Source of the DNA: Candidatus Micrarchaeota archaeon
GTDB taxonomy: Archaea > Micrarchaeota > Micrarchaeia > Micrarchaeales > CABMGC01
Length of the DNA: 64,000 nucleotides
NCBI GenBank assembly: GCA_021818995.1
Contig: JAKASP010000002.1
Location: 15,689 to 79,688, forward strand
Direction: 5' to 3'
Below are positions 43,855 to 52,757 of the stretch, one piece after another. Under the pieces are notes generated by a model. That model had not been told where the DNA came from. It was given only the letters and a program-made list of their open reading frames with translations, and did no database searches. The position numbers and the translations under genes were made by a program. Numbering within the stretch: the stretch's first letter is position 1; each line of letters opens with the position of its first letter.

Positions 43855-44589
43855 ATGATGCTCGTTTCTTTCGTCAAAGAGGTGCCCGCGCTGCTGATAA
43901 AACGCGAGCGCGCGCTGGTTGTCGGGGATCTGCACATAGGCATGCATCTCAAGCTTAGGGAGAAGGGCCTCTATTTCCAGAAGGCGACAGAGCGGATGGC
44001 GGATAGCCTCATCGATGCCTATGGGAAGTCTGGGGCCAAGAGCCTGGTGCTCCTGGGCGACATCAAGGAGAGCGTGACCTCGCCGAAATTCGCAGAATAC
44101 AGGGAGCTGAAGCTTTTCTTCGACTCCATTGCCGGAATAGACACGAGGATCGTCAAGGGGAACCACGATGGCGGCCTTGAGAGGGTGCTCGCCAACATGG
44201 GCTTCAAGGTACCGGTCTCGACGGAGGTGTTTGTCGACGGCATTGCGCTTGCGCACGGCAATGCGTGGCCTTCGGCGATGGCGATGGAGAAGAGGTACGT
44301 GGCTGTGGGGCACGGACACTACGCACTTATGAACCGCGGCTTTCTTGAAAAGATATGGATCGTGTCCGGCGTGGCGAAAAACGCCGGAAAGAGGTATGCG
44401 CATTACAGAAAAGACATCAAGCTTATCGTCGCGCCCTCTTTCAACAGTCTCATAACAGGCAGCGCACTCGGCGCGGAGACCAAGAACTACCTGCCGCTTT
44501 TCAAGAACAACGCATTCTCATTCGAGAATGCAATTGTTTACGGGCTTGACGCCAAAAAACGCGGAACTGTAAGCCAGCTGATCAGATAG
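43855..44589 (+). CDS. Calcineurin-like metallophosphoesterase (COG1407-like)
   Basis: GDLHIG, LLGDIKE, GNHD and GHGH motifs in canonical order. Confidence 0.8.
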   Translation: MMLVSFVKEVPALLIKRERALVVGDLHIGMHLKLREKGLYFQKATERMADSLIDAYGKSGAKSLVLLGDIKESVTSPKFAEYRELKLFFDSIAGIDTRIVKGNHDGGLERVLANMGFKVPVSTEVFVDGIALAHGNAWPSAMAMEKRYVAVGHGHYALMNRGFLEKIWIVSGVAKNAGKRYAHYRKDIKLIVAPSFNSLITGSALGAETKNYLPLFKNNAFSFENAIVYGLDAKKRGTVSQLIR

Positions 44590-46021
44590 GATTAGGCGGA
44601 AATCTCGCCTTTGCCTCCTTGATCTCGTTCTCGACCATCTGCTTCCAGGGCTTGAACTCATTCGCGCTCTTCGGGTACTTCTTGTAGATGTCTATCAGCT
44701 TCTTCATCTTCCCGTGCGCGTAGACCAGGTTCTTGAATGCGTTTATGTTAGATATGCCGCTTAGTATCTTGTTGAACGTGCTTGCTATGCTTATCTCCGG
44801 CACAAGCCCGTAGCTCATCGCGGTCGCCTCCTCTTTTGAGAGGAAGTGGCTCATGCCGTAGTTTATCAGGTCGTTGTTGAGCGACTGCAGGAAGATACGG
44901 AAGACCTCCAGGCCTGCGGTCTTGTTCCCGTACGCGTCGTTGAATCTCGTGTTGTACTTCCATAGGAAGTCCATGCTCGTGTCGTTCGCAGCTATTGCCT
45001 CTGCGGCAGTCTTGCCCGCGAGTATGCCCGCGACCATCGCAGGGCCTATCCCGCCGGCGCTTATCGGATTCGGCATCGTCATCGTGTCGCCCGCGCCGAG
45101 GTAGTTCTTGTAAACTAGGCTGTCGAACTGCCTGCGCACGGCTACAGACCAGTATCCCTTCCCGTTGTGGTCCGTCTCGTCCACTTTCATGTTCTTCAGC
45201 ACGGGGTTCCACTCAACGTACTCGTCTATCAGCTTGTGGAGCGTGTCCGTCTTCACGAGCTTCTTGTTCCTCAGATCTAGGCTCTTCTTCTCCACGCCTA
45301 TGCCTATGTTGATCTTGCCGTCGCTCTTAGGAAAGACCCAGCCGTAGCCCCCTGGTGCAAGCTGCTGGTTGAGGTGTATGATTGCGTTCTTAGGATCGTA
45401 GTAGTTCAGGTCCTCCTTGATGTGGTCGAACCTCGCTATGTACCTTCCCGTGGACTCTATGTCGTCTATGCTCACATCCTTCTCTATGAACTCGTTGGGA
45501 GGCAGCCTCCTTCTCAGCGTGCTCGCCATCCCAAGGCAGTCGATTATGACCTTCGCATGGATCTCGAAGTGCTGCGTCTTCTCGTCCTTGCCGAAGACGC
45601 CGACGAGTTCACCATTTTCCAGCACCGGGCCCTCAACCTCGTGCTTCGGCCTGTAGTCAACGCCCTGCTTCACTGCCTCGCTGACCATCTTCCTCGCGTA
45701 CTTCGGCCTGTCCAGCGTATAGCCCTCTCCCTCGAAGAGGAACTTGTTCTTCATGTCCGGGCTGAGCACGTATACGCCGTCAACCACGTGATCCAGCTCA
45801 GGCTTCGAGAGCCTTATGCCGACCTCTTTCTCTATGAAGTCTACGTGCGCCTTTGCCACTGCATCGCCGCAGACCCATCCCCAATTGGTCTTCTTGCCCG
45901 CTTCCTGCTGGTCGTTCCTGTCAAGAAGCAAGACCTTTGCGCCGCCTTTCGCGGCGGATATTGCCGCGAGAGCGCCGGCCATACCGGCTCCTGCGACTAT
46001 TATGTCAAAATCAGAACTCAT
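44582..46021 (-). CDS. Geranylgeranyl reductase family flavoprotein (lipid saturase-like)
   Basis: DIIVAGAGMAGA FAD motif and WGWVCGDAV. 479 aa. Its ATG overlaps the rpoK stop (ATGA). Confidence 0.85.
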   Translation of the reverse strand: MSSDFDIIVAGAGMAGALAAISAAKGGAKVLLLDRNDQQEAGKKTNWGWVCGDAVAKAHVDFIEKEVGIRLSKPELDHVVDGVYVLSPDMKNKFLFEGEGYTLDRPKYARKMVSEAVKQGVDYRPKHEVEGPVLENGELVGVFGKDEKTQHFEIHAKVIIDCLGMASTLRRRLPPNEFIEKDVSIDDIESTGRYIARFDHIKEDLNYYDPKNAIIHLNQQLAPGGYGWVFPKSDGKINIGIGVEKKSLDLRNKKLVKTDTLHKLIDEYVEWNPVLKNMKVDETDHNGKGYWSVAVRRQFDSLVYKNYLGAGDTMTMPNPISAGGIGPAMVAGILAGKTAAEAIAANDTSMDFLWKYNTRFNDAYGNKTAGLEVFRIFLQSLNNDLINYGMSHFLSKEEATAMSYGLVPEISIASTFNKILSGISNINAFKNLVYAHGKMKKLIDIYKKYPKSANEFKPWKQMVENEIKEAKARFPPNPI

Positions 46022-46200
46022 CTCTGCACCTTGCCCTTCATGACCACTATCGGTATCACGTCCTCCTGGAACTCCAGTTCTGCGAGAGCAAGTGGATCTG
46101 TGATTCCATCAGGGACCTTTATGAGCGGCGGTGCGCCGTAGGCGAGCTGCAGCGCCCTTGCGCCGATTATTCTCGCTTTCTCGAACTTCGTGTACTCCAT
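46018..46200 (-). CDS. rpoK: DNA-directed RNA polymerase subunit K (Rpo6)
   Basis: 60 aa. TKFEKARIIGARALQLAYGAPPLI. Confidence 0.9.
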   Translation of the reverse strand: MEYTKFEKARIIGARALQLAYGAPPLIKVPDGITDPLALAELEFQEDVIPIVVMKGKVQR

Positions 46201-46305
46201 TGGATCAACTGGCGCGTCTATTCTTCAAAGTGGGTCTTGATAAAGAGTTCATACTCTCTTTGCTGATAAAGTTTATAATGCTTGCGAAGGGCTTTACGAC
46301 GTCTT

Positions 46306-47022
46306 TCATCTTATGGGCTCGTAGTGCTCCTTCGGCTTCTTGAGCAGGTGGTACCTGGCTATGTTGCCGACGTGGTACCCGAAGAATCCGGAAACGCCCC
46401 AGGCGTTTATCCTTCTTGTGCTCGTGTGCACGACAGCGTCGTCTACGTATTTTATGCGACCGTGTTTCCTGAGCCTAAGCGAAAGGTCCCAATCCTCGTA
46501 TGTGGCATAATCTTCGTTGAATCCGCCTATCTTGTCAAAGGCGCTCTTCTTCACCGCAAAATTCAGCCCGACTACCGACGGCCTGCCGAGGAGTATCGAC
46601 GACTTGACAAAAAGAACAGAGACGAACTTGAACCCGAGGCTCACCCTCCTGCTCGTCTTTTCGAGCGGGTATATGGGTCCTGTCGCGGCAACAACGCCAT
46701 CGTCCCTCATGCTTCTCTCGTACGCTTCTAGCAGGTGTTCTGAAGGCACCGTGTCCGCATCCAGGAAGACCAGAAGCCTGCCGCGCGCGGCTCGCGCGCC
46801 GGTGTTCCTGTTCCTGGATATGCCACGCCTTTTCTCGGTTACGACCCTGACCCTGGGAAACCTGCTGGAAATTTCCTTTGTCTTGTCTGTGCTGTCGTTA
46901 TCCGATACGATGATCTCGAAATCCTTGAAAGTCTGCTTCTGCAGGCTCTCGAGAACGTCGCCTATGTACTTTTCCTCGTTGAATGCCGGAATTATGACGC
47001 TGATTGGCACTTCCTGTTGCAT
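46306..47022 (-). CDS. GT2 glycosyltransferase
   Basis: ISVIIPAFNEEKYI, SDNDSTD and FLDADT (DXD). Confidence 0.9.
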   Translation of the reverse strand: MQQEVPISVIIPAFNEEKYIGDVLESLQKQTFKDFEIIVSDNDSTDKTKEISSRFPRVRVVTEKRRGISRNRNTGARAARGRLLVFLDADTVPSEHLLEAYERSMRDDGVVAATGPIYPLEKTSRRVSLGFKFVSVLFVKSSILLGRPSVVGLNFAVKKSAFDKIGGFNEDYATYEDWDLSLRLRKHGRIKYVDDAVVHTSTRRINAWGVSGFFGYHVGNIARYHLLKKPKEHYEPIR

Positions 47023-47073
47023 GAGTCATAATCGGTTTCCAACATATAAAAAGGTGCGCATTAGCGCACGCGC

Positions 47074-47613
47074 TCACTTGCTGGCGAAGTACATTATGGT
47101 GTATATCGGCCCAAAATAGGTGCTGTTTGGCGCCTCGATGAGCATGGTGGCGTTGGTGAACGCGTTGGGGTAGCCGGTGCAGATCTGCTTGCCGTTCACG
47201 TTGCTTATTCCGAGCAGCTTGAAGGGCGGCAGCACGACCGCGTACTCGAATGTGCTCGCAGAGCCGTTGTACAGCAGGCTGTAGTGGAAGACCTGGCTTG
47301 CGTTTGCGGCAGTATAGGAGTTGAACGCGTTAGCGGCCCTCGACCTGAGCACGACGCTCATGTTCTCCTGGCAGAAGGTCTGGTTGAGCGATACAAGCGT
47401 GAGCTGGGTTGTGTTCTCGTTGCTCGGGCTCCCTACCACGAACTTGATTGCAGGATGTATGATGAATGGCTTAGCAATGAGGCCCTTGAGGTTCAGGTAG
47501 CTTGACGCGGATACGAACGCGCAGACAACGGCAGTGAAGAACAGGAGCACTAGTACAAGTATCACAGTGTCGCGGTAATCCCTCTTCTTGCGACTTGCAC
47601 GTGCCATGCGCAT
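47074..47613 (-). CDS. N-terminally anchored secreted glycoprotein, unknown function
   Basis: ATG at 47613 or 47607 (MRMARASRKKRDY plus TM). The longer track ORF merely translates through the tRNA-Leu fragment. Many NxS/T sequons. Confidence 0.65.
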   Translation of the reverse strand: MRMARASRKKRDYRDTVILVLVLLFFTAVVCAFVSASSYLNLKGLIAKPFIIHPAIKFVVGSPSNENTTQLTLVSLNQTFCQENMSVVLRSRAANAFNSYTAANASQVFHYSLLYNGSASTFEYAVVLPPFKLLGISNVNGKQICTGYPNAFTNATMLIEAPNSTYFGPIYTIMYFASK

Positions 47614-47649
47614 ACTCCTCAAGAAAGGCTTAAATCTCTTGTCCGCAGG

Positions 47650-47675
47650 TGCAGGGGGAGAGATTTGAACTCTCG
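47650..47675 (-). repeat. Displaced copy of the tRNA-Leu(UAG) 3' end (att-like direct repeat)
   Basis: TGCAGGGGGAGAGATTTGAACTCTCG is identical to 48652-48677 (discriminator, 3' acceptor strand and full T-arm) in the same orientation. Confidence 0.85.
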
Positions 47676-47747
47676 AACCCGCAAAATAGACGGTGATAGA
47701 AAATAGCAACAAAAATCAGCAGAAAGCCATACAGGTTAAGAAAACAG

Positions 47748-48059
47748 TTATTCTTCTACAGGATTTCCTACAATCTTGTAGCTTATTTTGTCCTTATGCC
47801 TGTTTAACGCCACTAGCTGGTCTCTGTTAATGTAGTTCCATGCTTCTTTTCGTCCGCTCGTTTCGACAACCCTCTCGCTTATGGCGCCGAGTTTATGCAA
47901 TATTGGAAATGCTTTCTTGTCGTCTTCGTCAGTTCTAAACACTACTACGAATAGGTTCTTGCCCTCGGGTGGGCTTTCCTTCCAATCCTGAAGGCGTTTC
48001 GTTTCTAAGGCAACTGCCATAAGACTCATTTTGTTTCCTCTTTTAAGGTTATTAAGCAT
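47748..48059 (-). CDS. Hypothetical protein B of the island operon (103 aa)
   Basis: Its ATG overlaps the stop of the upstream ORF (ATGCTTAA), with GGAGTGAG SD about 9 nt upstream. Oligo-T runs follow the stop. No motif recognised. Confidence 0.6.
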   Translation of the reverse strand: MLNNLKRGNKMSLMAVALETKRLQDWKESPPEGKNLFVVVFRTDEDDKKAFPILHKLGAISERVVETSGRKEAWNYINRDQLVALNRHKDKISYKIVGNPVEE

Positions 48060-48570
48060 TTGCTCTCACTCCGTAGTTTGAACCGTTTTTGCTTACAAAA
48101 CTGACTTCTGATTGTTTGATTACTATCTCTTCCTGTGGCGCACGTCTGACGTCTCTGGCGTGCTTCTCCAGCCCTGCTTTTAGCTTTACAAAGTAGTCTA
48201 AAGCCTCGGTCGTAGGCAAACTGTACACCTCACAACGTGCGTGCTCGTTGATAACGATTCTGTTTGCCTTCTTTTCCACCCATTCGCCTGATACAAGAGG
48301 GCCTTGTGTGTTTGGAGGTATAGTAGACCCTCCAAAATCATCTCTGAAAAGCTTCTTGAGTTCGCTCATGTCCTCGTCTGTAAAAACGTGGATTTCTTCT
48401 TTGCTTCCAACTTCTTGCTCCGTCACCGGCAACAGAATAACAAATTCGTAATGCGGACCTCTGAAAGTGGGCATCAAACGCGATACGTCATATCTGGGTT
48501 GGCCAAACGGTCTTTTTGAAACATCTTCTTTTGCCTTGCTAGTACTCTGTGTAGCAACTTTCTCTGCCAT
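48052..48570 (-). CDS. Hypothetical protein A of the island operon (172 aa)
   Basis: GGGAGGGG SD lies directly before the ATG and CTATATAC TATA-like about 45 nt upstream. The N-terminus is charged and disordered, followed by a globular part. No motif recognised. Confidence 0.65.
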   Translation of the reverse strand: MAEKVATQSTSKAKEDVSKRPFGQPRYDVSRLMPTFRGPHYEFVILLPVTEQEVGSKEEIHVFTDEDMSELKKLFRDDFGGSTIPPNTQGPLVSGEWVEKKANRIVINEHARCEVYSLPTTEALDYFVKLKAGLEKHARDVRRAPQEEIVIKQSEVSFVSKNGSNYGVRANA

Positions 48571-48651
48571 TCCCCTCCCACTATGATTTGTGATCTTGAG
48601 GGTATTTGTATATAGCCAATAATTTCGTACACTCTATTTAGACCATTGGGC

Positions 48652-48737
48652 TGCAGGGGGAGAGATTTGAACTCTCGCAACCACAAAGGTAACGGGTCCT
48701 AAGCCCGCCGCATTTGGCCAAGCTCTGCCACCCCTGC
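48652..48737 (-). tRNA. tRNA-Leu(UAG), class II
   Basis: Acceptor GCAGGGG/CCCCTGC, anticodon stem GCGGG/CCCGT, loop CTTAGGA, long variable arm, T-arm GAGAG-TTCAAAT-CTCTC. 86 nt. Confidence 0.9.
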
Positions 48738-48757
48738 ACGATAGCATATACACATGC

Positions 48758-48767
48758 TTTATATTTA
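48758..48767. promoter_or_regulatory. Shared TATA box (TTTATATTTA) between divergent tRNA-Leu and serS
   Basis: It lies about 21-30 nt from the tRNA 5' end (48737) and about 27-36 nt from the serS ATG (48794). Confidence 0.5.
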
Positions 48768-48793
48768 TCTGATGCCCAGCTTATCGCGAGCAC

Positions 48794-50092
48794 ATGCTTA
48801 CGGCAAAATATGTCAGGGACAACGTAGATCCCATACGCGCCTCCATGAAGAAGAGGCAGCTCGACTTCCCAATCGACAGAATACTACAGCTGGATGAGGA
48901 ATGGAGGAAGCTGAAGAAGGAAACTGAGGATATGCAGGCAAAGCACAACAAGACGAGCCTTCAGATATCCGAACTTAAGAAGCAGAAGAAGGACGCCGAC
49001 GCTCAGAAGCTGATCGGCGAACTTACCGATGTGAAGAAACAGATAGAGAAGAACGATGCAAAACTTGCAGACTATCAGGAACAGCTCGACAAGCTGCTCT
49101 GGAACATGCCGAACACGCTCCACGAGTCGGTCAGGTACGGGAAGGATGAAACGGGGAACGTAGAGGTGAAGAAGTGGGGAAACACGGATAAGAAGATAGC
49201 CATGGGCCACACCGAGATACTGGAGAAGCTCGGGCTTGTAGATATAGAAAGGGCCGCGAAGGCTTCCGGGGCGCGATTCTACTACCTGAAGGGCGACCTT
49301 GTTCTCCTCGCACAGTCATTGGAAAGATTCGCGCTCGACGAACTGGCCCGGAAGGGCTACACTCCGATAGCCACGCCGTATCTGCTGAAAAGGGAGCACT
49401 ACAGGGGAGTGACGGGCCTTGGGGACTTTGAGGATGCGTTATACCTGGCGACAAGCCCCAGGGAGGCAAAGAAAGAGGAGGACATGGAAGATGAGGAGCT
49501 CTTCCTTATCGCCACATCGGAGCACCCAATGGCGGCAATGCATGCGGGGGAAGTCTTCTCCGCGAAGCAGCTGCCGGTCAGATACGTGGGCATAAGCCCG
49601 TGCTTCAGGAGGGAAGCCGGCGCGCACGGCAAGGATACAAAAGGAATCTTCCGCGTTCATCAGTTCGAAAAAGTCGAGCAGTTCATATTCAGCAAACAGG
49701 AGGACTCGTGGAAGTATTACGAGGAACTCATAGACAACGAGGAGTACATAATGCAGAAGCTCAACCTGCCGTACCACAGGATAGAGATGTGCACCGGAGA
49801 CATAGGCGTTGTCGCAGCGAAGAAAACGGATCTTGAGATCTGGTTCCCCAGCCAGCAGAAGTATAGGGAACTGACATCTGCATCGAACTGCACCGATTGG
49901 CAGAGCCTCAGGCTCGATATAAAGTACGACGAAGGAAAGGAGCGCAAATACGTGCACACGCTCAACGCCACAGCGGTAGCGGTGCAGAGGACCCTCGCGG
50001 CCATAGTCGAGAACTACTGCAACGACAACGGCACGATAACCGTTCCTGACGTTCTTGTTCCCTACATGGGCAAGAAGACAATCGGCCGGTAG
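48794..50092 (+). CDS. serS: Seryl-tRNA synthetase
   Basis: N-terminal coiled-coil arm, class II core (FRREAG, GDIG...). 432 aa. Confidence 0.95.
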   Translation: MLTAKYVRDNVDPIRASMKKRQLDFPIDRILQLDEEWRKLKKETEDMQAKHNKTSLQISELKKQKKDADAQKLIGELTDVKKQIEKNDAKLADYQEQLDKLLWNMPNTLHESVRYGKDETGNVEVKKWGNTDKKIAMGHTEILEKLGLVDIERAAKASGARFYYLKGDLVLLAQSLERFALDELARKGYTPIATPYLLKREHYRGVTGLGDFEDALYLATSPREAKKEEDMEDEELFLIATSEHPMAAMHAGEVFSAKQLPVRYVGISPCFRREAGAHGKDTKGIFRVHQFEKVEQFIFSKQEDSWKYYEELIDNEEYIMQKLNLPYHRIEMCTGDIGVVAAKKTDLEIWFPSQQKYRELTSASNCTDWQSLRLDIKYDEGKERKYVHTLNATAVAVQRTLAAIVENYCNDNGTITVPDVLVPYMGKKTIGR

Positions 50093-50103
50093 CAGATTCT
50101 CGC

Positions 50104-51339
50104 ATGCCAAAGGTTAAATTGCTCGAGAGCGCAATCTATGGTGTTATGAAGAAAGAGTATTCCTTGCTCAAGGAGATAAAGAGGTTGAAGTCGATCAGGG
50201 GTAGTGGAACCCAGCTGGTCAGCGTCTACATACCTGCCGGCTACCAGCTCAGCGAGGAGATTGCTAGGCTGAGGAACGAGTACAGCACCAGCAGCAACAT
50301 TAAATCGAAGCAGACGCGCACCAACGTGCTCGCTGCCATAGACAAGATACTCCAGTACCTGAAGCTCTACAGGAGCACGCCCAAGAACGGGCTTGTCGTC
50401 TTCGCCGGCAACATCTCCGATGACCAGAGCAAGAGCGACGTGCAGCTCTTCTCGATGGAACCCCCGGAGCCGCTCAAGGTGAACATCTACAGGTGCGACT
50501 CTACATTCGTGCTCGACCCGATAGAGGCGATGGTCGATACGAAGGACACGTACGTGATGGTCGCGATGGACGGGAGGGAAGCAACGGTGGCCACGCTCAG
50601 GGGCTCGCACATACAGGTGATCAAGAAGATACACTCGATGGCCCACGCGAAGATAAAGAAAGGAGGCCAGTCTGCGAACAGGTACAAGCGCGCCATAGAG
50701 GAGAGCATAGACGACTACTACAAGCAGGTCAGTGACATAATAAGCGACATCTTCCTTAGGAGCGAGTTCAAGGAGAAGGGGCTGTTAGTCGGGGGACCTG
50801 GCCCGGCGAAGGAGAACTTCGTGAAGGCGAAGGCGCTGAACTACCAGATAAAGGTGCTTGGAATATACGACACCGGCTACACAGACGAGACAGGTCTGAA
50901 CGAGCTCGTAGAGAAGGCAGGCGAGCTGCTGAAGGAGCAGGAAGCGTCAAAGGAGAGGAAGGTGCTTGAGAAGTTCATGAAGGAGGTGGCGGTAGGCGGG
51001 CTTGCGGTCTACGGCTACGAGAAGACAAGAATAGCGCTTGAGAAGAAGCAGGCCAGCACCCTGATACTCAACGACACCATCGAGCTTTACAAAGTAAAGT
51101 ACAAGTGCAGCGTTTGTGGCTCTGTACTCGAGAAGGTGGAGCTAGGCAACGAGAGGCAGACGAAGCACAACGACGGCGGCACGTTCGGGATAATCGAGGA
51201 GAAGGACGCGATAGAGGAACTGATAGACATGGCAGATGCGAACGGCGTCGAGACCGTATTCGTGTCGGACGAGAGCTCGCTGGGCAAGGAATTCATAATG
51301 GGTTTCAAGGGCGTCGGGGCGCTTTTGAGATACAGATGA
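50104..51339 (+). CDS. prf1: Peptide chain release factor aRF1
   Basis: NIKS (TSSNIKSKQT) and GGQ (KKGGQSANRY) motifs. 411 aa. Confidence 0.95.
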   Translation: MPKVKLLESAIYGVMKKEYSLLKEIKRLKSIRGSGTQLVSVYIPAGYQLSEEIARLRNEYSTSSNIKSKQTRTNVLAAIDKILQYLKLYRSTPKNGLVVFAGNISDDQSKSDVQLFSMEPPEPLKVNIYRCDSTFVLDPIEAMVDTKDTYVMVAMDGREATVATLRGSHIQVIKKIHSMAHAKIKKGGQSANRYKRAIEESIDDYYKQVSDIISDIFLRSEFKEKGLLVGGPGPAKENFVKAKALNYQIKVLGIYDTGYTDETGLNELVEKAGELLKEQEASKERKVLEKFMKEVAVGGLAVYGYEKTRIALEKKQASTLILNDTIELYKVKYKCSVCGSVLEKVELGNERQTKHNDGGTFGIIEEKDAIEELIDMADANGVETVFVSDESSLGKEFIMGFKGVGALLRYR

Positions 51340-51422
51340 ATGCCACTACTCGCGCATTCTCACATGTTTTTTAAAGCTAATCTGGAAATAGGTACTACGC
51401 ATTTTCTGTTTGCGGTGTTTAA

Positions 51423-51707
51423 TTGGGGGAGAGGGCATTCAGTCTCTACGACGTTGAGCAGTTCATACGCGAAGCGGGAGCCGAGAAGGTAACCGAGGAC
51501 GCTGTGCTGGACCTGGAGCACAGGCTCGAGAAGCTTACCGAGGTGCTTGCGAACAGGGCCATCAGGTACGCGGCCCACGCAGGAAGGAAGAGGCTGATAA
51601 AGAAGAGCGACGTCTTCCTCGCTGGCTACGGGGTAAATCACAGGAGGCCGTACACCTTCAGCAGCAGGGCCAGAAGGACGAACGCGCCTTCGAGCACGCA
51701 GAGATAG
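51423..51707 (+). CDS. Archaeal histone-fold protein with a basic C-terminal tail
   Basis: FIREAGAEKVTEDAVLDLEHRLEKLTEVLANRAIRYAAHAGRKRLIKKSDVFLA is a full histone fold. TTG start. 27 extra C-terminal residues overlap the convergent gene. Confidence 0.7.
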   Translation: MGERAFSLYDVEQFIREAGAEKVTEDAVLDLEHRLEKLTEVLANRAIRYAAHAGRKRLIKKSDVFLAGYGVNHRRPYTFSSRARRTNAPSSTQR

Positions 51708-52678
51708 ACCGGAACCTCGTACTCCTTTACCCTCTTAATATTCATCACTACGTGCGTCAGGCTGTATATCTTCTTGCCGTAAGGAGCCTTGAGCGTGCCG
51801 TCGCTCTGCCTGACCCCGAGATCCGTTACGTCAAACCTCTTCCTGGCGTGGAGGAAGAACTCCGCTATCCACGGAATGAAGATTATAATGCCGAAAACCT
51901 CGGCGTTGCCCATGGCCATTATAGCGACGAACGCTGCACCGATCGTGTATGTCAGGCTGTCTCCGGGCAGTATCTTTGCTGGATACGCGTTGAAGACGAG
52001 GAATGCGAGGAGCGAGGCGAGCAGTATCGTTGAGATCAACGCGCCTATGTAGTTGCCGAAGAACACGGAGTAGATCAGGAAGCCTATGCTTGCCACCGCG
52101 GCCATTCCGGATTCGAGGCCGTTGAACCCGCCGAGCAGGTTGACCGCGTTGGGCACGAATATTACAGCGAGAGGGAGCACGAGAAGCGGATACAGGAGTC
52201 CGAAGTCCACTGGCCCGACCAGCGGCAGGTTTACTGCGCTCACGCCCGCATTTATCGCTATCAGTGGCAACGCCCCGATTACTGTGAGAAGCGGTTTCTG
52301 CCACTGCTTAAGGCCCTGCCTTATGTCCATCATGCCCGTTGCCCTGACGCTCTTCGACTTTACGTTTATGTCGTCGATGAAACCGACCATGGCAATAAGC
52401 ATTATCGAAAGCGCCACGGCCATTATGTCGGGTATGCTCAGCACCGGAGTGAAGACGAAGCTGCCGCCGAATATGTATACGAGTATGCCGACCACTATCC
52501 CGAATGCGACAGCAAGGCCGCCGCTTCCTGGAAGCTTGAGCGGTTTCGCCTTGTTCTTGTCTTCGGCGATTATGCCGGCGCTCGAGAAGTAGCCCATCGT
52601 GAACTTCACGCTCACAATAGTGATCAGGAAGGACACCACTGCCGGTATTATTATCGTCTGGAAGCTGTGGTAGACCAT
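51638..52678 (-). CDS. aglH: UDP-GlcNAc:dolichyl-phosphate GlcNAc-1-P transferase-like (MraY/WecA/AglH family)
   Basis: Polytopic, with GFIDDI and NAVNLLGGFNGLESG motifs of the glycosyltransferase 4 (MraY-like) family. Confidence 0.85.
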   Translation of the reverse strand: MVYHSFQTIIIPAVVSFLITIVSVKFTMGYFSSAGIIAEDKNKAKPLKLPGSGGLAVAFGIVVGILVYIFGGSFVFTPVLSIPDIMAVALSIMLIAMVGFIDDINVKSKSVRATGMMDIRQGLKQWQKPLLTVIGALPLIAINAGVSAVNLPLVGPVDFGLLYPLLVLPLAVIFVPNAVNLLGGFNGLESGMAAVASIGFLIYSVFFGNYIGALISTILLASLLAFLVFNAYPAKILPGDSLTYTIGAAFVAIMAMGNAEVFGIIIFIPWIAEFFLHARKRFDVTDLGVRQSDGTLKAPYGKKIYSLTHVVMNIKRVKEYEVPVYLCVLEGAFVLLALLLKVYGLL

Positions 52679-52757
52679 GCTGAGGGTTTACTGCGCATTA
52701 ATAAAAATGTTGCGCAGGGTCTGACAGAATTATAAGCGTTAGAAGCGGAAAACACTC

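Larger units (their letters stand above)
47650..48677. mobile_element. Integrase-less integrated element remnant at tRNA-Leu
   Basis: 26-bp direct repeats about 1 kb apart, one forming the 3' end of an intact tRNA. The interior is AT-rich and holds two orphan ORFs. Confidence 0.6.

Noticed and set aside
43801-44403. N-terminal 200 codons of the 555-aa minus-strand track ORF (42736-44403).
   Set aside because: The segment is Arg/His-rich and antisense to the metallophosphoesterase gene. The site-2 protease has a natural start (MADAYKIGKIWG) at 43800.
47614-47712. N-terminal extension of the 212-aa ORF (MLLFSITVYFAGSRVQISPPAP...).
   Set aside because: It simply translates through the tRNA-Leu 3' fragment and its flank. 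The real protein starts at MRMARAS (47613 or 47607) with a basic N-region plus a TM.
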